In this document: piece after piece, positions 1 through 13,491 of the stretch
Position numbering within the stretch: position 1 is the first letter of the stretch
Layout of the letters: each line of letters opens with the position of its first letter
Source of the DNA: Parasitella parasitica NRRL 2501
Taxonomy: Eukaryota; Fungi; Mucoromycota
Direction: 5' to 3'
DNA: 64,000 bases
NCBI GenBank assembly: GCA_025201805.1
Contig: MU619329.1
Location: 3,001 to 67,000, forward strand
Translations under genes and position numbers: made by a program
Notes under the pieces: generated by a model
The model's input: only the letters and a program-made list of their open reading frames with translations
What the model was told of the DNA's origin: nothing
Databases searched by the model: none

Positions 1-93
1 CACTTTTTTTTTGAAGTTCCGCGAAAATTAATAATTTTTTTTTGCGTACTTTTTTTTTCCAAAAGTGCGAACTTAATTTGTGAAAATAGTGTA
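1..93. mobile_element. possible right terminus of a Tc1/mariner-like element running off the window start
   Basis: The minus strand reads TA|CACTATTTTCACAAATTAAGTTCGCAC from 93 leftwards, resembling Tc1-family TIR starts after a TA target site. No partner TIR is visible in the window. Confidence 0.3.
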
Positions 94-205
94 CATGTCG
101 TACATAATGATGATAGGCCTATTACTAATGCAAACATCCCACTGATTATGATTTATTTTAAAGACTTATGATTTAAACTGTCGCGCAACAAAAGGATTTA
201 TAGTT

Positions 206-1147
206 TTAACGGCGGCCACTGTAATCATGGCCGGGCTGACCATGGCCATGCTGGCCATAACCAGGCTGGCCATAACCAGGCTGATTATAACCAGATTGAT
301 ACTGACCATAACCATGACCAGGAGTAGGGTTGTTGTCATAAGCTGAAGAAGTTTTTGGTGGACCATAGCCAGAGGGAGCACCATAAATAGGAGGAGAAGA
401 TTGACTGTAGCCAGAAGTATTTTGTTGGCCATATCCTGAACCGGCATTCGAAGCAGGACCAGCAATGTCTACAGGCTCAATAGTCCATAGCTGATTATCG
501 TTGTTCTTATCTTTACGCTTATACAAAATAACCTCTGTACCGTCTTTGCTAGAGCCGCCTTTAATGTCCAAGACAAGACGAGGATCAGCTAGACAATAGA
601 TAAAACCATCACGAAATCCCCATCTTTGGTTATGAGCCCTGATTTATCACAAAAGATAAGCAGCCAAACTCTATTTCCTTCAGACCAACAACTTACATTG
701 TACATTTACGTTCATATTGAACAATCTGTGAGTCAGACTGAAGGTCTCCTCCACGAATGTCCATGACTATGAATCATCATTATGCAGTTAGTATGTAACA
801 ATGCATGACCCTGTGATGTATTTTAGTATATACCTAATTCGGATTTTTTGTTGATTAAAAAGCCATTATCAGCACGCCAAAGCTACAGTGATAATGTTGA
901 GCGACAATAATACGCATTTCCCGGCGCATAGCAACTTACTTGGTTCTCACAGTCATTGTCAGGCTTTTTAGGCCAGATGATAACTTTAGAGTCGGGCTAC
1001 AATGATTATTATTTAATCTTACGTTTTTACGATAACGCGCGCCCTTTGTATACAACTTACAGTAAGTTCGCCCATGAAGACATCAATACACAAGTTTTTC
1101 TTCTTTGATCTGATAAAAAAGTATCCTTTTTCAGGGAAGCCGTTCAT
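206..1147 (-). CDS. ricin B-type (beta-trefoil, CBM13-like) lectin with G/Y/Q/P-rich C-terminal tail; multi-exon
   Basis: Exons translate as MNGFPEKGYFFIRSKRKNLCIDV / PDSKVIIWPKKPDNDCENQ / LWRADNGFLINKKSEL / VMDIRGG...IVQY / NQRWGFRDGFIY...VLDIKGG...NQLW, giving three QxW repeats. GT-AG introns. Confidence 0.85.
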
Positions 1148-1292
1148 GATGATAAATATTTACACAAATATAAAATTGTAAAGAAAGAAAAACAAAGATT
1201 TGAAATTATGCGGGAGTCTTTAAATACGCAATTAAACATCGCTAGTTCAACTTTAATCAGATTACAATAAACTGGCTACCACCGTTTTTCTT

Positions 1293-3296
1293 TTAGATGC
1301 AATTTTCCATCAGACTATTTGTTTCAGTTTCATCCAAGCAGAGCAGTTTGGCAAGGATTGGCACCATGGCCTACAAAAGAGAGAAAGGGCAATGATATGC
1401 GCAGATTAATGCCAAATGATGATTTAGGCCACTGTCTCGACATTGTACCTGCTTGTTTTCAGACATTAAAAACTTGACAAGCACATTTTTTAAGTACTCA
1501 ACATTCATGTCTTGGCGTTTTTCAAAAGCATCAATTTTTCTATTTTTACGTACGAAATGTTAACAGAAATTATTGTGGAATACTATGTTGACTTGCCTTA
1601 ATTCGTCTTTAAGCACCTAATAAACAAGTCGGTTGTTTTAAGCCATGGCTTGCATTTTATGTCAGCAACATACCTTTTCTTGCGTTTGTAGCGCTGTAAT
1701 CTTATCTTGGCTTTCGTAAAGCATTTCGCTTAATCTTTGCACTTGTTTTTCTAAGCCAGTACGTTCATCTGGTATTTGACGTGACACAAGGGGTGAAAGT
1801 AAAGAGCTCATGGATGCATAGACATCCGGAGGTGTAGTTGTTGTATTAGTCGTAGTGGTCGTAGTAGTAGTGGTGTTAGTTGCTGCTATATTTGAAATTT
1901 CCATGCTATGTTGCTGCTGTTCTGGCAATTCAACGCTTTCGGGATGAGGCAATGTTGGCTTGAATATAGTGAGCTTTTCAATTTCGTTGTCTTTCATCAC
2001 TAGCTGCTGATGTAAGGCATCGTTTGCTTTTTGCAATTCCTGCAAACGCAAATGCAAGGGCTCTAAACTGTTTTCAGAGGATCTAATTTGATCAACGTAT
2101 TTAGACTGTAGTGCAGTCAATTGTTGGGTTGATTGATGGAGCTGCTTGGTCATGGCTTGTAGCTCTATAGTATTAATCAAACATTTTTAGCCCATTTGTT
2201 TCGTGTGAACACAAAGCACTCACTGGTTTCCAAAGTGGCTTTATCAGCCAGAGACAATGTTTCTCGTTTAACAAGGATGTGTTGCTTTGACTCCAATTCA
2301 TTGAGTCGGTCGATTGTTTTTCTAAGATCGTGTTCAAGCAGTGATTGCTGCTCTGCCTTTTCGTGTTGCTCATGTTCGTATTTGGTTTTTTCTAGTTCCA
2401 TCTGCTCGACAAGCATCTGTAATTGAATGATCCGACTAGTATCACTCTGCTTTTCCTTATTTTTCTCAAGTAGAATGTGAGCTCTCTTTTTGTATTGCTC
2501 ATAATCATTTTTAGTTTGCTCTAATTGAACCGAAACTTGCCGATTCTTGGCTTCTAAACGCTTGATTTCGGTTCCATAGAATGTCTTTGTGCTAGTATCT
2601 TCAGTATTCAGTTTCTCTATCATTACTGCAGTGTCTCGAGTTAGTGGCAGCAGCAGCATTAGCAGCAGCAAAATAAAACTTACATTGCTGTGTCTCTGAT
2701 GTTGCTTTGTAAGATTGCTCGCTTTGTTGGCATTCCTCCAGTTCTGTCTTTAACTTGTCAATTTCGACGGTTTTGGACGCAATGCTCACGCGGTAGTTAT
2801 CGATATTTTTGGATGCTTGACCAAAGATTTCTACAGGTACTGTTAGCCTTGGGTCTTGTTCAAGCTAATCTTGCTTTACCTCGCATTCTTCTGAGTTTTT
2901 CCTCATATTCATCTAGCACACGGGCAAAACTTAACTTCAAGTCTATCAAAATACATAGTAATATATACTTGTTTTGGTAGCTAATGTCTCTTGCAGCTTC
3001 GAATGCTCAGCTTTTTGGTGCGTTAATTGGTATTTTAGGTCTTTTACTTGCTCTTGGAGCTGAAAGTTGGTTTTATCTGATTCTCGCATCATGTTGGGTG
3101 AGCTGGAGCCTCCAGACGTTGGCTTCTGCTGTTTTCATTTATTACGTGAATACAGACGAGATCAAAATTGCACTCTTGCTACTTTACTGACCTTGAGTCG
3201 AGATCTGATTGACTCGAGCTCTCTTTCTATTCTCTCGACTTGTTTTTCTGCTCTCAACGCTCGCTCTTTGTCCGTTATTGTGCTATTGTCTGCCAT
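1293..3296 (-). CDS. coiled-coil golgin with C-terminal GRIP domain; multi-exon
   Basis: Long heptad-rich exons; C-terminal NVEYLKNVLVKFLMSENKQ / AMVPILAKLL matches the GRIP motif. ATG at 3296 (MADNSTITDKER). Confidence 0.8.
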
Positions 3297-3451
3297 ATAA
3301 GGTGTATCCCAATCAAAAGGACAATTATTCAGGCTGAACATGTTGAAGTAGGACAGCCACTAGTCATATTAACAAGCCACTGTTTGCATGATCAAAATAT
3401 TTTCTTGAAGGATTATCTTTGCAGGCGTTTTCTCTCTTATAAAACAGAATA

Positions 3452-4287
3452 ATGAAGGCACCTACATCTCAAGATAACATATGGATAGCAGCTGGTAGGT
3501 TTCCGTCTGGTTTGGTATGAATCAACGACTAACACTACGCTAAGGTGATGGCCAAGTTGACCGAGTGAGAGTAAGCGCATCAATGCACATTTATTAAATC
3601 ACGCAGTAATATGTATACTCATACTCCATTTCCAGGAATTGCTAGAAAATGGTGTTGAAGCTGGAGCCCACGACGAGTTTGGATATACTGCTATGTATGT
3701 GCTTACTGCCATTGATCTGATTTTATCCTTACACCTCTTGATATAGGCATGCCGCCGTCTCTTACAACCAAATTGAAATGGTTAAATTTTTAATTGACAG
3801 TAATGTCAACGTCGATATCGAGGACTTTGAGAAAGATACACCGCTCTATGTTGCTGAGAACGTCGAAATGGCACAGCTTTTATTAGACAATGGTGCTGAC
3901 CCCAAACATACTAACGAAGATGGCATCACACCCGCAATGGCAGCTTATGAAGAGGGTTGGGAGGAAGTTGCGCAGCTATTAGCCAGTATTACAAAGGAAG
4001 TTCTCCCTAGCAAAGAACAAGAGATTGACCCTCTGGCATATATTGAGCAAGAAGACGACGAAGCAATAGCAACAGCAACAGAAGTTGAAGTTGAAACTAT
4101 TGCTCAAACAACACAGCCAGACAGCAATATTCAAGACCAAGACGAGATGAGCGAGGAATTATCAAGTAAAATGCAAAATATCATGAAGCACATTGAAGAA
4201 CAAGGTGGAGTAGCAGATGAAGACGAGCTTCGAGAACTAGTTGCCAAAATGCTGTTGGATGAGATGCAACAAAAGCTGGATAAATAA
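3452..4287 (+). CDS. ankyrin-repeat protein with acidic tail (YCR051W-like); multi-exon
   Basis: DNIWIAAG / DGQVDRVR / ELLENG...DEFGYTAM / HAAVSYNQIEMVKFLI...DTPLYVAE are ankyrin repeats. Confidence 0.85.
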
Positions 4288-4789
4288 AAACTGTACATTA
4301 TTACTATTGAATCATTAGCGTTGATGTTCTGGCTAGAGCTAATGGGAATGCCGCATAATACACATAATTGCGCTTGGAGGTACACACATCTATGAGCATC
4401 CAACCAAGATAACCTCAGGAGGTTGAATATTGCTTCAAATTTTAAATGCGGGGCTTCTACCTAAAAAGGAGTGAAAAGGATCATTGCCATCTGTAATTGC
4501 TTAGGTAAATGCTTTTGTCGTATATGTTTGTTGTATCACTACATGAATGTGATATAAAGACATGTGAGTGAGTAATATGACTCTGGATATTATTATTACC
4601 AAACGTTTGATGTATATACTCCATCATTTAAATGTAGCGTAAATGAACATTGCTGCTTCAACGGAGTCTCACAGTGAAAAAGCACATGTAAATTTTTATT
4701 CCGTTCTTTTTTGTGCTTCTTCTCCTTTTCTCTTTTACCCTTTTCTTGTGCATACATAAAAAAACAAAAAAAAAAAAAGAGCAAAAGCA

Positions 4790-6294
4790 ATGGATAAATA
4801 TCAAGTAAGATTGGCATTTGATAGCCATGTATTTAACTCTACTAAATTCTAAGATATACACATAGAAAATTGAAAAACTTGGAGAAGGTATAGTAAAGAA
4901 ATTATAACAAAAAAAAGCACAAAGAGAGGCTCCAGCCTAACATTCTTTTTTTTCTACAAAGGTACCTACGGCATCGTGTACAAGGCGCAGAACCGCGAAA
5001 CCAACCAAGTTGTCGCTTTGAAACGTATACGTTTGGACAATGAAGAAGAGGGCGTAAGTCTGCTGCTTTCACTTATCTCTTTTCGTATCTCGAATACTGA
5101 TCTTACTTTTTAGGTGCCATGTACAGCCATTCGAGAAATATCTTTACTAAAGGAATTAAAACACTCCAATATAGTTACGTATGTGTGAAGAGGAGATAGG
5201 GCAGGATTTTAATGAATGTATGACTAAGCACCATGTAGATTATACGACGTTGTGCACACAGAAAAAAAGCTGACACTTGTATTCGAATATATGGATTCAG
5301 ATTTGAAAAAGTTTTTGGATTCGCATGGTGGTGATATTGACATTCAAACCGTCAAGGTATTTATTAGACAGAGTCTTGCCATTGTAATTGTGGTCTAAAC
5401 TTCAGCGCTTACTGTAGCATTTCATGTATCAATTGTTGGAAGGAATCGCATTCTGTCACTCCCATCGAGTTTTACATAGAGTAATATCTTCACTGGACCG
5501 CGCGAAAAATTCGAGTCATGCGCGCTAACCAACTATCATATAGGACTTGAAACCACAAAATCTTCTAATCAGCAAAACAAATACAGTAAGTTTGGTTGCA
5601 ATCGAGAGAGACCCAGGAAAAGAGAATAACAACATTGTTCTATCGCTGTAGAAGGGCGAGTTGAAACTGGGAGATTTTGGACTTGCAAGAGCATACGGAA
5701 TTCCAGTCAGAAGCTACTCTCATGAAGTTGTAACCCTGTGGTATCGTGCGCCTGATGTGTTGATGGGTTCGCGTCAGTATTCGACGTCTATTGATTTATG
5801 GTCTGCAGGATGTATTTTTGCAGGTAAGAACATGTGGTATCAGTGCTTGTAAGTAGTAATGTATTGACTAATTCGGTTACTCGGCATAAACTCCAGAGAT
5901 GGCGTCTGGCAGACCTTTGTTCCCTGGTAATTCAATTTCTGATCAGTTACAGAGGATATTCAAAGTATTAGGCACCCCAACAGAGGAAACGTGGCCCGAA
6001 ATATCACAACTTCCAGAGTATAAGCGTGATTTCGAAATCTTCCCCAAAATACAGTTGGAAACACTGCTACCTAAGGTGAATCATCTCGGTATTGATCTTT
6101 TAAAACGTCTGCTTGAATACCCACCCAAAAAGCGTATCTCAGCAAGCGATGCACTGCAGCGTAAGTAATAATGTTGTCAAATTACAACGACTCACTAATA
6201 TAAGTGCATATTAGATCCTTACTTTGATGAGCTGCGGAAAAAAAAGTCGACATCTACTACAACCGCTTCCACAACTGATAATCTAACAAAGTAG
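4790..6294 (+). CDS. cyclin-dependent kinase, CDK5/Pho85 clade; multi-exon
   Basis: MDKYQ / KIEKLGEG / TYGIVYKA...[14 protein letters not shown] / [15 protein letters not shown]; [27 protein letters not shown]. Confidence 0.92.
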
Positions 6295-6375
6295 TAGATT
6301 AGAAATATCAAGTATATGATTCTTTATCCCCCCTGAACAAGCTTTTATATTTTTATTATATAATAATAAACGCAC

Positions 6376-7702
6376 TTATGAACGAATCAAAGAATAAACA
6401 TGTTCTGCAATTGCGAGCGAAGATGTCAGACCAGGACTTTCAATACCAATCAGTGTGAAAAAGTTGTCATAACCAGAATCGCTCTCTTCTTTGATTATAA
6501 AATCTTGGAATGGTTCACCAGGGCCGCTCAGCTTGGGTCTACGATCAGACATATATTATTAACATCTGATCCAAGTGTTTACATGTACGTCTATCTTTCA
6601 ACGTGATGTTTACCTAATGCCCGAGTAATCCGCATGAAGCTTATCCTTACTCAAGCAAGGCAGATACGAATTGATTGCATCCACAAAGGCTTCTTTTTTC
6701 TGGTCGTCGTCTGGCACGCTGTAATCATAAGGGTTATCAATATACTGGACATCTGGCCCAAATTTGATGCCACCTGCCATATCTAATGTCAAATGAGTAC
6801 CGAGGCCAGCCAAGTTTTTTTCAGGGCAAGGATAAATCAAGTGATTCACCTGCAGTGGAGCATTGTAGGCGTAGTAGTGGCCTCTGGCATAATATAATCT
6901 GTGTGGTCTGGCCAATGGAAGCATATTACTCACTTTGTCTGCGTGTAGACCGCCAGCATTGAAGACTCTTCTAGCTAGCACGGTGGTGGTTTCACTAGGT
7001 GTTGCCAGTTCTAGCACAAAGCCATCTCTGGAAGCTTTTGAAATCGATTTAACAGCTGTGCAAAGTGCAACATTCCCAACAAGAGATATCTTCTGTTCCA
7101 AGTAACTCAAAAAATGATGCGAATCAATGATGCCTGTAGATGGGGATACCAAGGCAGAGTGCAGCCTAATATGGGGCTCCTGTGCTCTTGCCTGCTTCTG
7201 ATCGATAAAGTAGGTTTCGATGCCTAAACGACGAGCCTTGTCATGTACGCCCTGCAAATAGCAATGCTGCTCTTGATTTTGGGCAACAATCCACTTGCCT
7301 AGCTTTCGATGAGGGATATCTACAGTCTCAAACAGTTTGTAGAGCATGCGGTTGCCTTGAATGCAAAGCTTTGTCTTTAAACTATTCTCAGGGTAGTATA
7401 GACCTGCATGAATCACTTCACTGTTTCTTGCACTTTTTTTTTGTTCGTATAAGTCGATCAATCTTATGCGGCACCCTTTTAAAAAAATACCTTGTCTCTT
7501 CTCCAATACGTACATTTTTCTCGACCACAAATGTAGTTTCGTTGGGTCGTTCTCGAGTTAATTTCTCGCCAATGGCTAACCCAACAACACCAGCACCTAT
7601 AACTATATTATCAACTTCAAGTTCGGGCGTCCGTATAGTAGAGAAGGCTCTCCAAGGAGCACATAGTGCTGCAGGTTTTGCCAGGCGATAGATCCTTTGC
7701 AT
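6376..7702 (-). CDS. L2HGDH: L-2-hydroxyglutarate dehydrogenase (mitochondrial FAD oxidoreductase)
   Basis: IVIGAGVVGLAI Rossmann motif, ETS/ARNSEVIHAGLYY, GLGTHLTLD, FGPDV, last exon GIESPGLTSSLAIAE; two introns. Confidence 0.9.
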
Positions 7703-8735
7703 ATCAGATAGTGTAATATTATACCAATGTGGGTAATTGGGTACTTTGCAGCAGGAAGCGAACCGAAATATTTCAAATAACGGTATCTTAAGAAACTAGT
7801 GACTGATATGATTATACCCCTCTTTGATATGCGATTTCACGACACATCCGTACATGACATTTTATCAAATGTACATACACTGATCAATTACTGTATCAGA
7901 GATTTTAACGTTACATAATTTTTATGCTTGACAAAAGTAAATGCTTGCACAACAGAAACTTTGCATTTCTCTCCTTACGTAAATATCAGTTCAAAGTGTT
8001 CCATTATGACACATATTTACCACTTGTATTATTTAATTAAGGTGTCATTTTTTAGTCGACAATCACATTTGCTTTAATCATTGTTTACTCGGGATAGATG
8101 GCCACAAGTTTCTCTAGACTTTGTATCAATAGGTGAACAATCAGACTTGTTAGATTCAAGTTGCTGAAATAGTATCAAACAAATCGAAAATTTGGGTTTT
8201 TTTTTATTTTTGTTATCTCAAGACAACCTAATACAAGTTAACTGGTAATAACGAACATATAACATAACGTAAGCAGAGCTGCAAGAGATTATGAGGTCTC
8301 CATTAGGGGCCAATTCGCAGGGCAGCTCATGATTTAGAATTACTATGCTCTTTCGTCATTTCTTTATAAAGGTAATTTAAACATTATTATCTTGTCTATC
8401 AACTTATGTATGCCCTATCCAAAGAAATAACAAATGAAACTGTAGAGCACTAGCTAAATAGACGCCCACACAACTGTATCTTGCATGTCATCATTAGAAG
8501 ATCCATAGATACAAACAAATCGCTCCACAGCATACGAATATTTAAATTTTTTGTGAGGATGATCCGATTTATGCATATTAAAGTTCTTTAAATGTCATAT
8601 TTTATTTATGGAGTATTTTTACTCTCATGGCTGTGATAATGCAAGCTTGATCTTTGCAAAGACTTTGGGGAGTATAAATGTGATATGAAAAAAGTCAAAA
8701 AAAAATTTTTTGCCTTTTTTTTTCCACTCCACATC

Positions 8736-10155
8736 ATGTCAAAAGATATCAAGACTACCATGGATGAACCCATCAATGAGGCCGAAGCCTCCCAAGTTGC
8801 CTCCAATACCCAGCCTGTCATTAAGGACGAACCCATGGAGGAGTTACCGTCCACTGAGGCTACATCTCCCATTGCCGATGATACCGAGCAACCTCCTAAT
8901 GTACATCAAGTACTTCGTCAGCTCTTGGCTATTTTTGATCCTGAAAATATAAAAAATGACAACTTTTTCAGGGAACTAGTTGAAAGAGACCCTGAGCATT
9001 GTAAGGTTCCAAGCGCAATTTATCAGCTAGTTGATTTTATTAACTTGATTTGATCAATGACAATTTAGGGATTCCCATCAAGAAGCTTTCAATGATTAAA
9101 CGTTTCAAAGAAATAATTGATGGCGATGCTAGCTTATTTGCGAAAGCTGCTGCTCTTGCTCCTCAAGATTTTGAAATTGACGAAAACAAGACTAAATTGC
9201 GTTGTATCAAAAAGGAAGAAACAGAGATTATTAAGAAAGATGGTCATGCAGAAGATGCTGATAGAAAAACTGCTCATAACCGACAAGTCATAATTGATCA
9301 TTTCGAAGCTCAAAACAAACGCTCCATCTATTCCGTAAGTGTCGTCTGAACTATACACGCATGTTATAAAGTTTATTCATCTGCTATCGATTTCAGAAAG
9401 GTTTCCCTGTGGATCCTGAGCCAAGCGAGACCGAATTAAGTAAATTTTATGGAAAATTTGGTCGAGTTTTATCTCTTCGACTTCGTCGTGAAGGAAAGGG
9501 CAATAGACGCAACGAAGGTGCGTTCAAAGGCAGTATTTTTGTTGAATTCGAAACGCTGGAGATCGCACAAAAAGCGGTGGACGAAGCAAAAGAATACAAT
9601 GGCTCGGAATTGTTGAATATGATGAAGGCGGATTATGTCGAGATAAAGCGTGTAGAAAAATACAGTGATTGTACATTCAGCTTTTCAAATGTTGCTCACC
9701 GCCATCTTGTGGAATACTCTAATGCAGAAGAATATGGATTCAAGGATATCAAGGAGCTTGTTAAAACTGTGGCTAAAGTAGGTCGGCTAGAACCTTTGGA
9801 CAAGGAGGGTTGCGGTGTATTCGAATTGTTTAAAACAACTCCTGAAGAATTTCTGGCATCATTGAAGGACCAGAAGCTCGAAGACATCAATTTTTGTCTT
9901 GTAAGCGCTGCTGCCCGTAGTCATTTCAACAAAATTCAGAAAGAAGCTGCCAAAAGTGGCCGAGGCGGTCGTGGTGGCCGAGGAGGTCGCGGTGGAGGGA
10001 GAGGAGGACGAGGTGGTCGTCATAGTAACCAAAAAGCAGACAATAGGGATGGCAGAAAAAGGGGTAACGATAACCCTAACAATGTTGAGATCAATAAACG
10101 TGCTAGAACTGTTGTTGAGATTAAAGCAAGCGCAATTGCACCACCCACCCGATAA
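8736..10155 (+). CDS. La-related RNA-binding protein (divergent La motif + RRM + RGG tail)
   Basis: QVLRQLLAIFDPENIKNDNFF...IPIKKLSMIKRFK (La motif), RSIYSKGFP (RNP2), FKGSIFVEF (RNP1), RGG repeats; two introns. Confidence 0.8.
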
Positions 10156-10605
10156 CAAATAGATTTAATAAAACTGACACTTTTAATAATGTAGCACGAT
10201 CCCTAATTTTTCTTTCTTTCTCTTTATATATTCCCTTGCAAATGAAATGAAATGTAACAAAACTAGTCCTTTTGTATGAAAATTAATTACGCAAAACTTT
10301 GTAGCACCAAGCCTTTTTGTTTTGCGTTGATTTGGTGTAACGAGATCCTCAAAATATAAACCAAGATTAGGATTAAAATGTCTGAGTATATGTGTGCATA
10401 CAAAAAAAAAGTTTATTGCAGTTTAGTATTTAATAGTATATATATAGCATTGAATAAAGTGTGTGAATGTATATAAAAGTACATATAATAAAAAGAAAGA
10501 AAATAAGTCGTGAAGAATCATAATTTAGAGAACGAAAGAAAATGAGAGAAATGCATATACATGTAGGGATTATTTGACAGCGTATAGAGAAAAGGTTGAA
10601 TTTTT

Positions 10606-11178
10606 TTAGACATATTCTTGATAATAAGCAACTGGTTGTTGGTTGATCCATTTACTATTAATAGTATTTAGTGGAGGAAGAGAAATTGATTGTTGGTATT
10701 GAGGAGGAGGAGGAGGGGGAGGGCTTCCACTGCCACAGCTGCTGCTGCTATCAGTGCTAGAAGATGAAAATGAAGATCGACCTCTTCTGCTTGTATGTTT
10801 CAATGGATATAAAGACAGGGATCTTTCTTGTGTATAATAATTATATTGACATTCTAATGGCTGTTGTGAATATTGATGATAATATTGATAATGGTAATGG
10901 TGATGTCTTGATCTTGATGACATGTGGGTACGATAATGCTGCATCATATTATCTTGACGAGAGAATCGACTCGGGCATCCAGGATACAAGCAATGAAAAT
11001 TTTTTTCGCCTGTGTGAATACGATGATGTCTTGCTAAATGGCCACTTGTAGTGAAGCTCTTTTGACATCCAGGCTCTGAACAATGATATCTTTTCTTTTG
11101 TGGCTGCTGTTGATGTTTTGATGAATCATCGTTTAATAGATTGACTTGTCTTCCTTTAGAGTTTGTGATAGAGAGCAT
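10606..11178 (-). CDS. C2H2 zinc-finger transcription factor, Nrg1/Nrg2-like
   Basis: [53 protein letters not shown], the two-finger signature of the Nrg1 family. Confidence 0.88.
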   Translation of the reverse strand: MLSITNSKGRQVNLLNDDSSKHQQQPQKKRYHCSEPGCQKSFTTSGHLARHHRIHTGEKNFHCLYPGCPSRFSRQDNMMQHYRTHMSSRSRHHHYHYQYYHQYSQQPLECQYNYYTQERSLSLYPLKHTSRRGRSSFSSSSTDSSSSCGSGSPPPPPPPQYQQSISLPPLNTINSKWINQQPVAYYQEYV

Positions 11179-11618
11179 GGCTTTCGATTGGTTTTTTTAA
11201 TTGAGAGATATAAGGATAGAGAGAAGAAAAAGTAGCAATCGATTTAGATGCTGTATTTATACACATTTCCCCTGTGTAGCATAACTAAATGTTTTATCCT
11301 CCCACCACTCACCCCCCCCCCTTTTTTTTTGCCCCACTTGTAGAATTGGTGTATAACAAACCTAACAATATTTTGAGTGCCAACTCCCTTTCATCTAAAA
11401 ACAGAGTGTGCACGCACTGATCTCAGACTTGTATAAAAACGTGGTTGAAAACATGTATTACAAAAGTAACCCTGCAGAGCAAAAAAAAGGAGATGGTTGA
11501 TTCCAAGAAGCTTTTTAGCAATGTATAAGATTAAAAAACGTGGAATATAGAATGCCACGTTTTTTTATTTTGTATAGTTTGCCCATATTGATGTATTTAT
11601 GGACATATGTGCACGGTA

Positions 11619-11621
<3 letters not shown>

Positions 11622-11696
<75 letters not shown>
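11622..11696. repeat. poly(T) tract, 75 nt
   Basis: Uninterrupted T run read directly. Confidence 0.95.
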
Positions 11697-12248
11697 CGTT
11701 ATAATATTAAAATGGACAGTAATTGCCATTTCGTTTATTTAGAAAAAACCAGGATTTGGAGACATCCATAACACATAAATCTTGGGAAAAAAGAGAAATA
11801 TATCACACAACAGTTAATATGTACCAACATGTAAATAAATGTGCGTAGATTGTTTTAATCGCGATCAACTAAGGGTCTGACAGACAACAAATTCCAACAC
11901 ACATTTCGAGTACATTTATGTCACATATTAAAATAACCTTTTTTGTTGCTTTTTTTCTACCCTTACATGACATTATTGTTATGCCCACGCGATATATAGA
12001 TACAAAGCCTCCCTATTTGCATGTATACCAAGATAGCAACTTGCCTGCTCCCTGCTTTTTGCGGTTATTTTTACACTTTATTGAAGCAAAAGCAGGCGGG
12101 CGCAAATCAAACACTCATCATGATGCCAACTTTAAGCCAATGGTATGTATTCGGAAATGTAAATAGATGACGTTTGCCTGCAAGTTGAAACGTAAAGAGC
12201 TTCGTATACTTTTCACAGCTTTCATCTATACACATAAAACGATAAAGA

Positions 12249-13305
12249 ATGGCCTCAAGACAGCAAGCGCAATCACAACAAGGGAAAACGTACCAGTTTA
12301 AGCTGGTTCTTTTAGGTTTGTATGAATGCAATGATCAAATGTAGTGCGTATTGATGTATTATGTCATGTAGGTGAATCAGCTGTAGGAAAGTCAAGGTAT
12401 GAGATAATAGATGCTGCAATGTGAAAAACGGGTTGAAGTTAAACATACAGTGCGCACGCATACACACAGTTTGGTCATGCGGTTTGTAAAAGATCATTTC
12501 GATGAGTATAGAGAAAGCACTATCGGAGGTATGTAAAACGGTGAAAGCTCACAAGTAAAAAGGCAAGATACCAACTGTTCAATTAAAATATGTATATAGC
12601 CGCCTTTTTGGCACAAACAGTTACATTGGATGATGATAAAATCGTCAAGTTTGAAATCTGGTATGTATTACATGTCGGTTTGAACGATGCTTTGCTGAAA
12701 ACCATTGCTCTGGATACTGAAAGGGACACTGCTGGTCAAGAAAGATACAAGAGCTTAGCTCCCATGTATTATCGTAACGCTAATTGTGCGGTAGTCGTCT
12801 ACGACATAACACAAGCTGTGAGTCTTGCTTGCATTATCCACATCAATCACTCATCCTCCTGTTATAGTCTTCCTTGGAAAAAGCAAAATCCTGGGTGAAT
12901 GAATTGCAACGTCAGGCAGATCCCAACATTGTCATTGCATTAGCAGGGAATAAACTAGATTTGGAAGCAAAAAGAGCCATCGACACCAAGGTTTGATAGA
13001 GACATTAGACGTAGAGCATTATTTTCATGCATCGTTTATAGACTGCCCAAGAATACGCAGACGAGTGTGGATTATTATTCTTTGAGACGTCTGCAAAGAC
13101 TGCGCATAACGTAAATGAGCTTTTTGATGCCATTGCTAAACGCATGCCATTGGATCAGCTGGCGGATAGTTCCCGCAGACGAGGCGGATTGGATACTCAG
13201 GGCGTTGACTTGGGTCAAAACGAAGCTGCTAGCAATTGTGCATGTAGGTTGAACAGTCCGATGTTTGTGTTTACACACATATTGATTTCTGTGTGCATAG
13301 GTTAA
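12249..13305 (+). CDS. RAB5: Rab5/Ypt5-family small GTPase; multi-exon
   Basis: [55 protein letters not shown]. The C-terminal CAC prenylation motif is completed by a tiny last exon at 13301-13305. Confidence 0.93.
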
Positions 13306-13491
13306 ATCACGCCGTCTGCTGCTCGCCAAACCCCCAAATATCCCCACTTTTCTTTTTCAATAAATCATCATCTTCGTTTTTATTACAATGTAGATTACAA
13401 TCATCTTGCAGGAACTTTAAAAAACCAACAATGTACAAAAAGGGTTTCTCCCCTTCCTCCCTCTCTTTTCTTTTCTCTCATCCCTTGTTAT

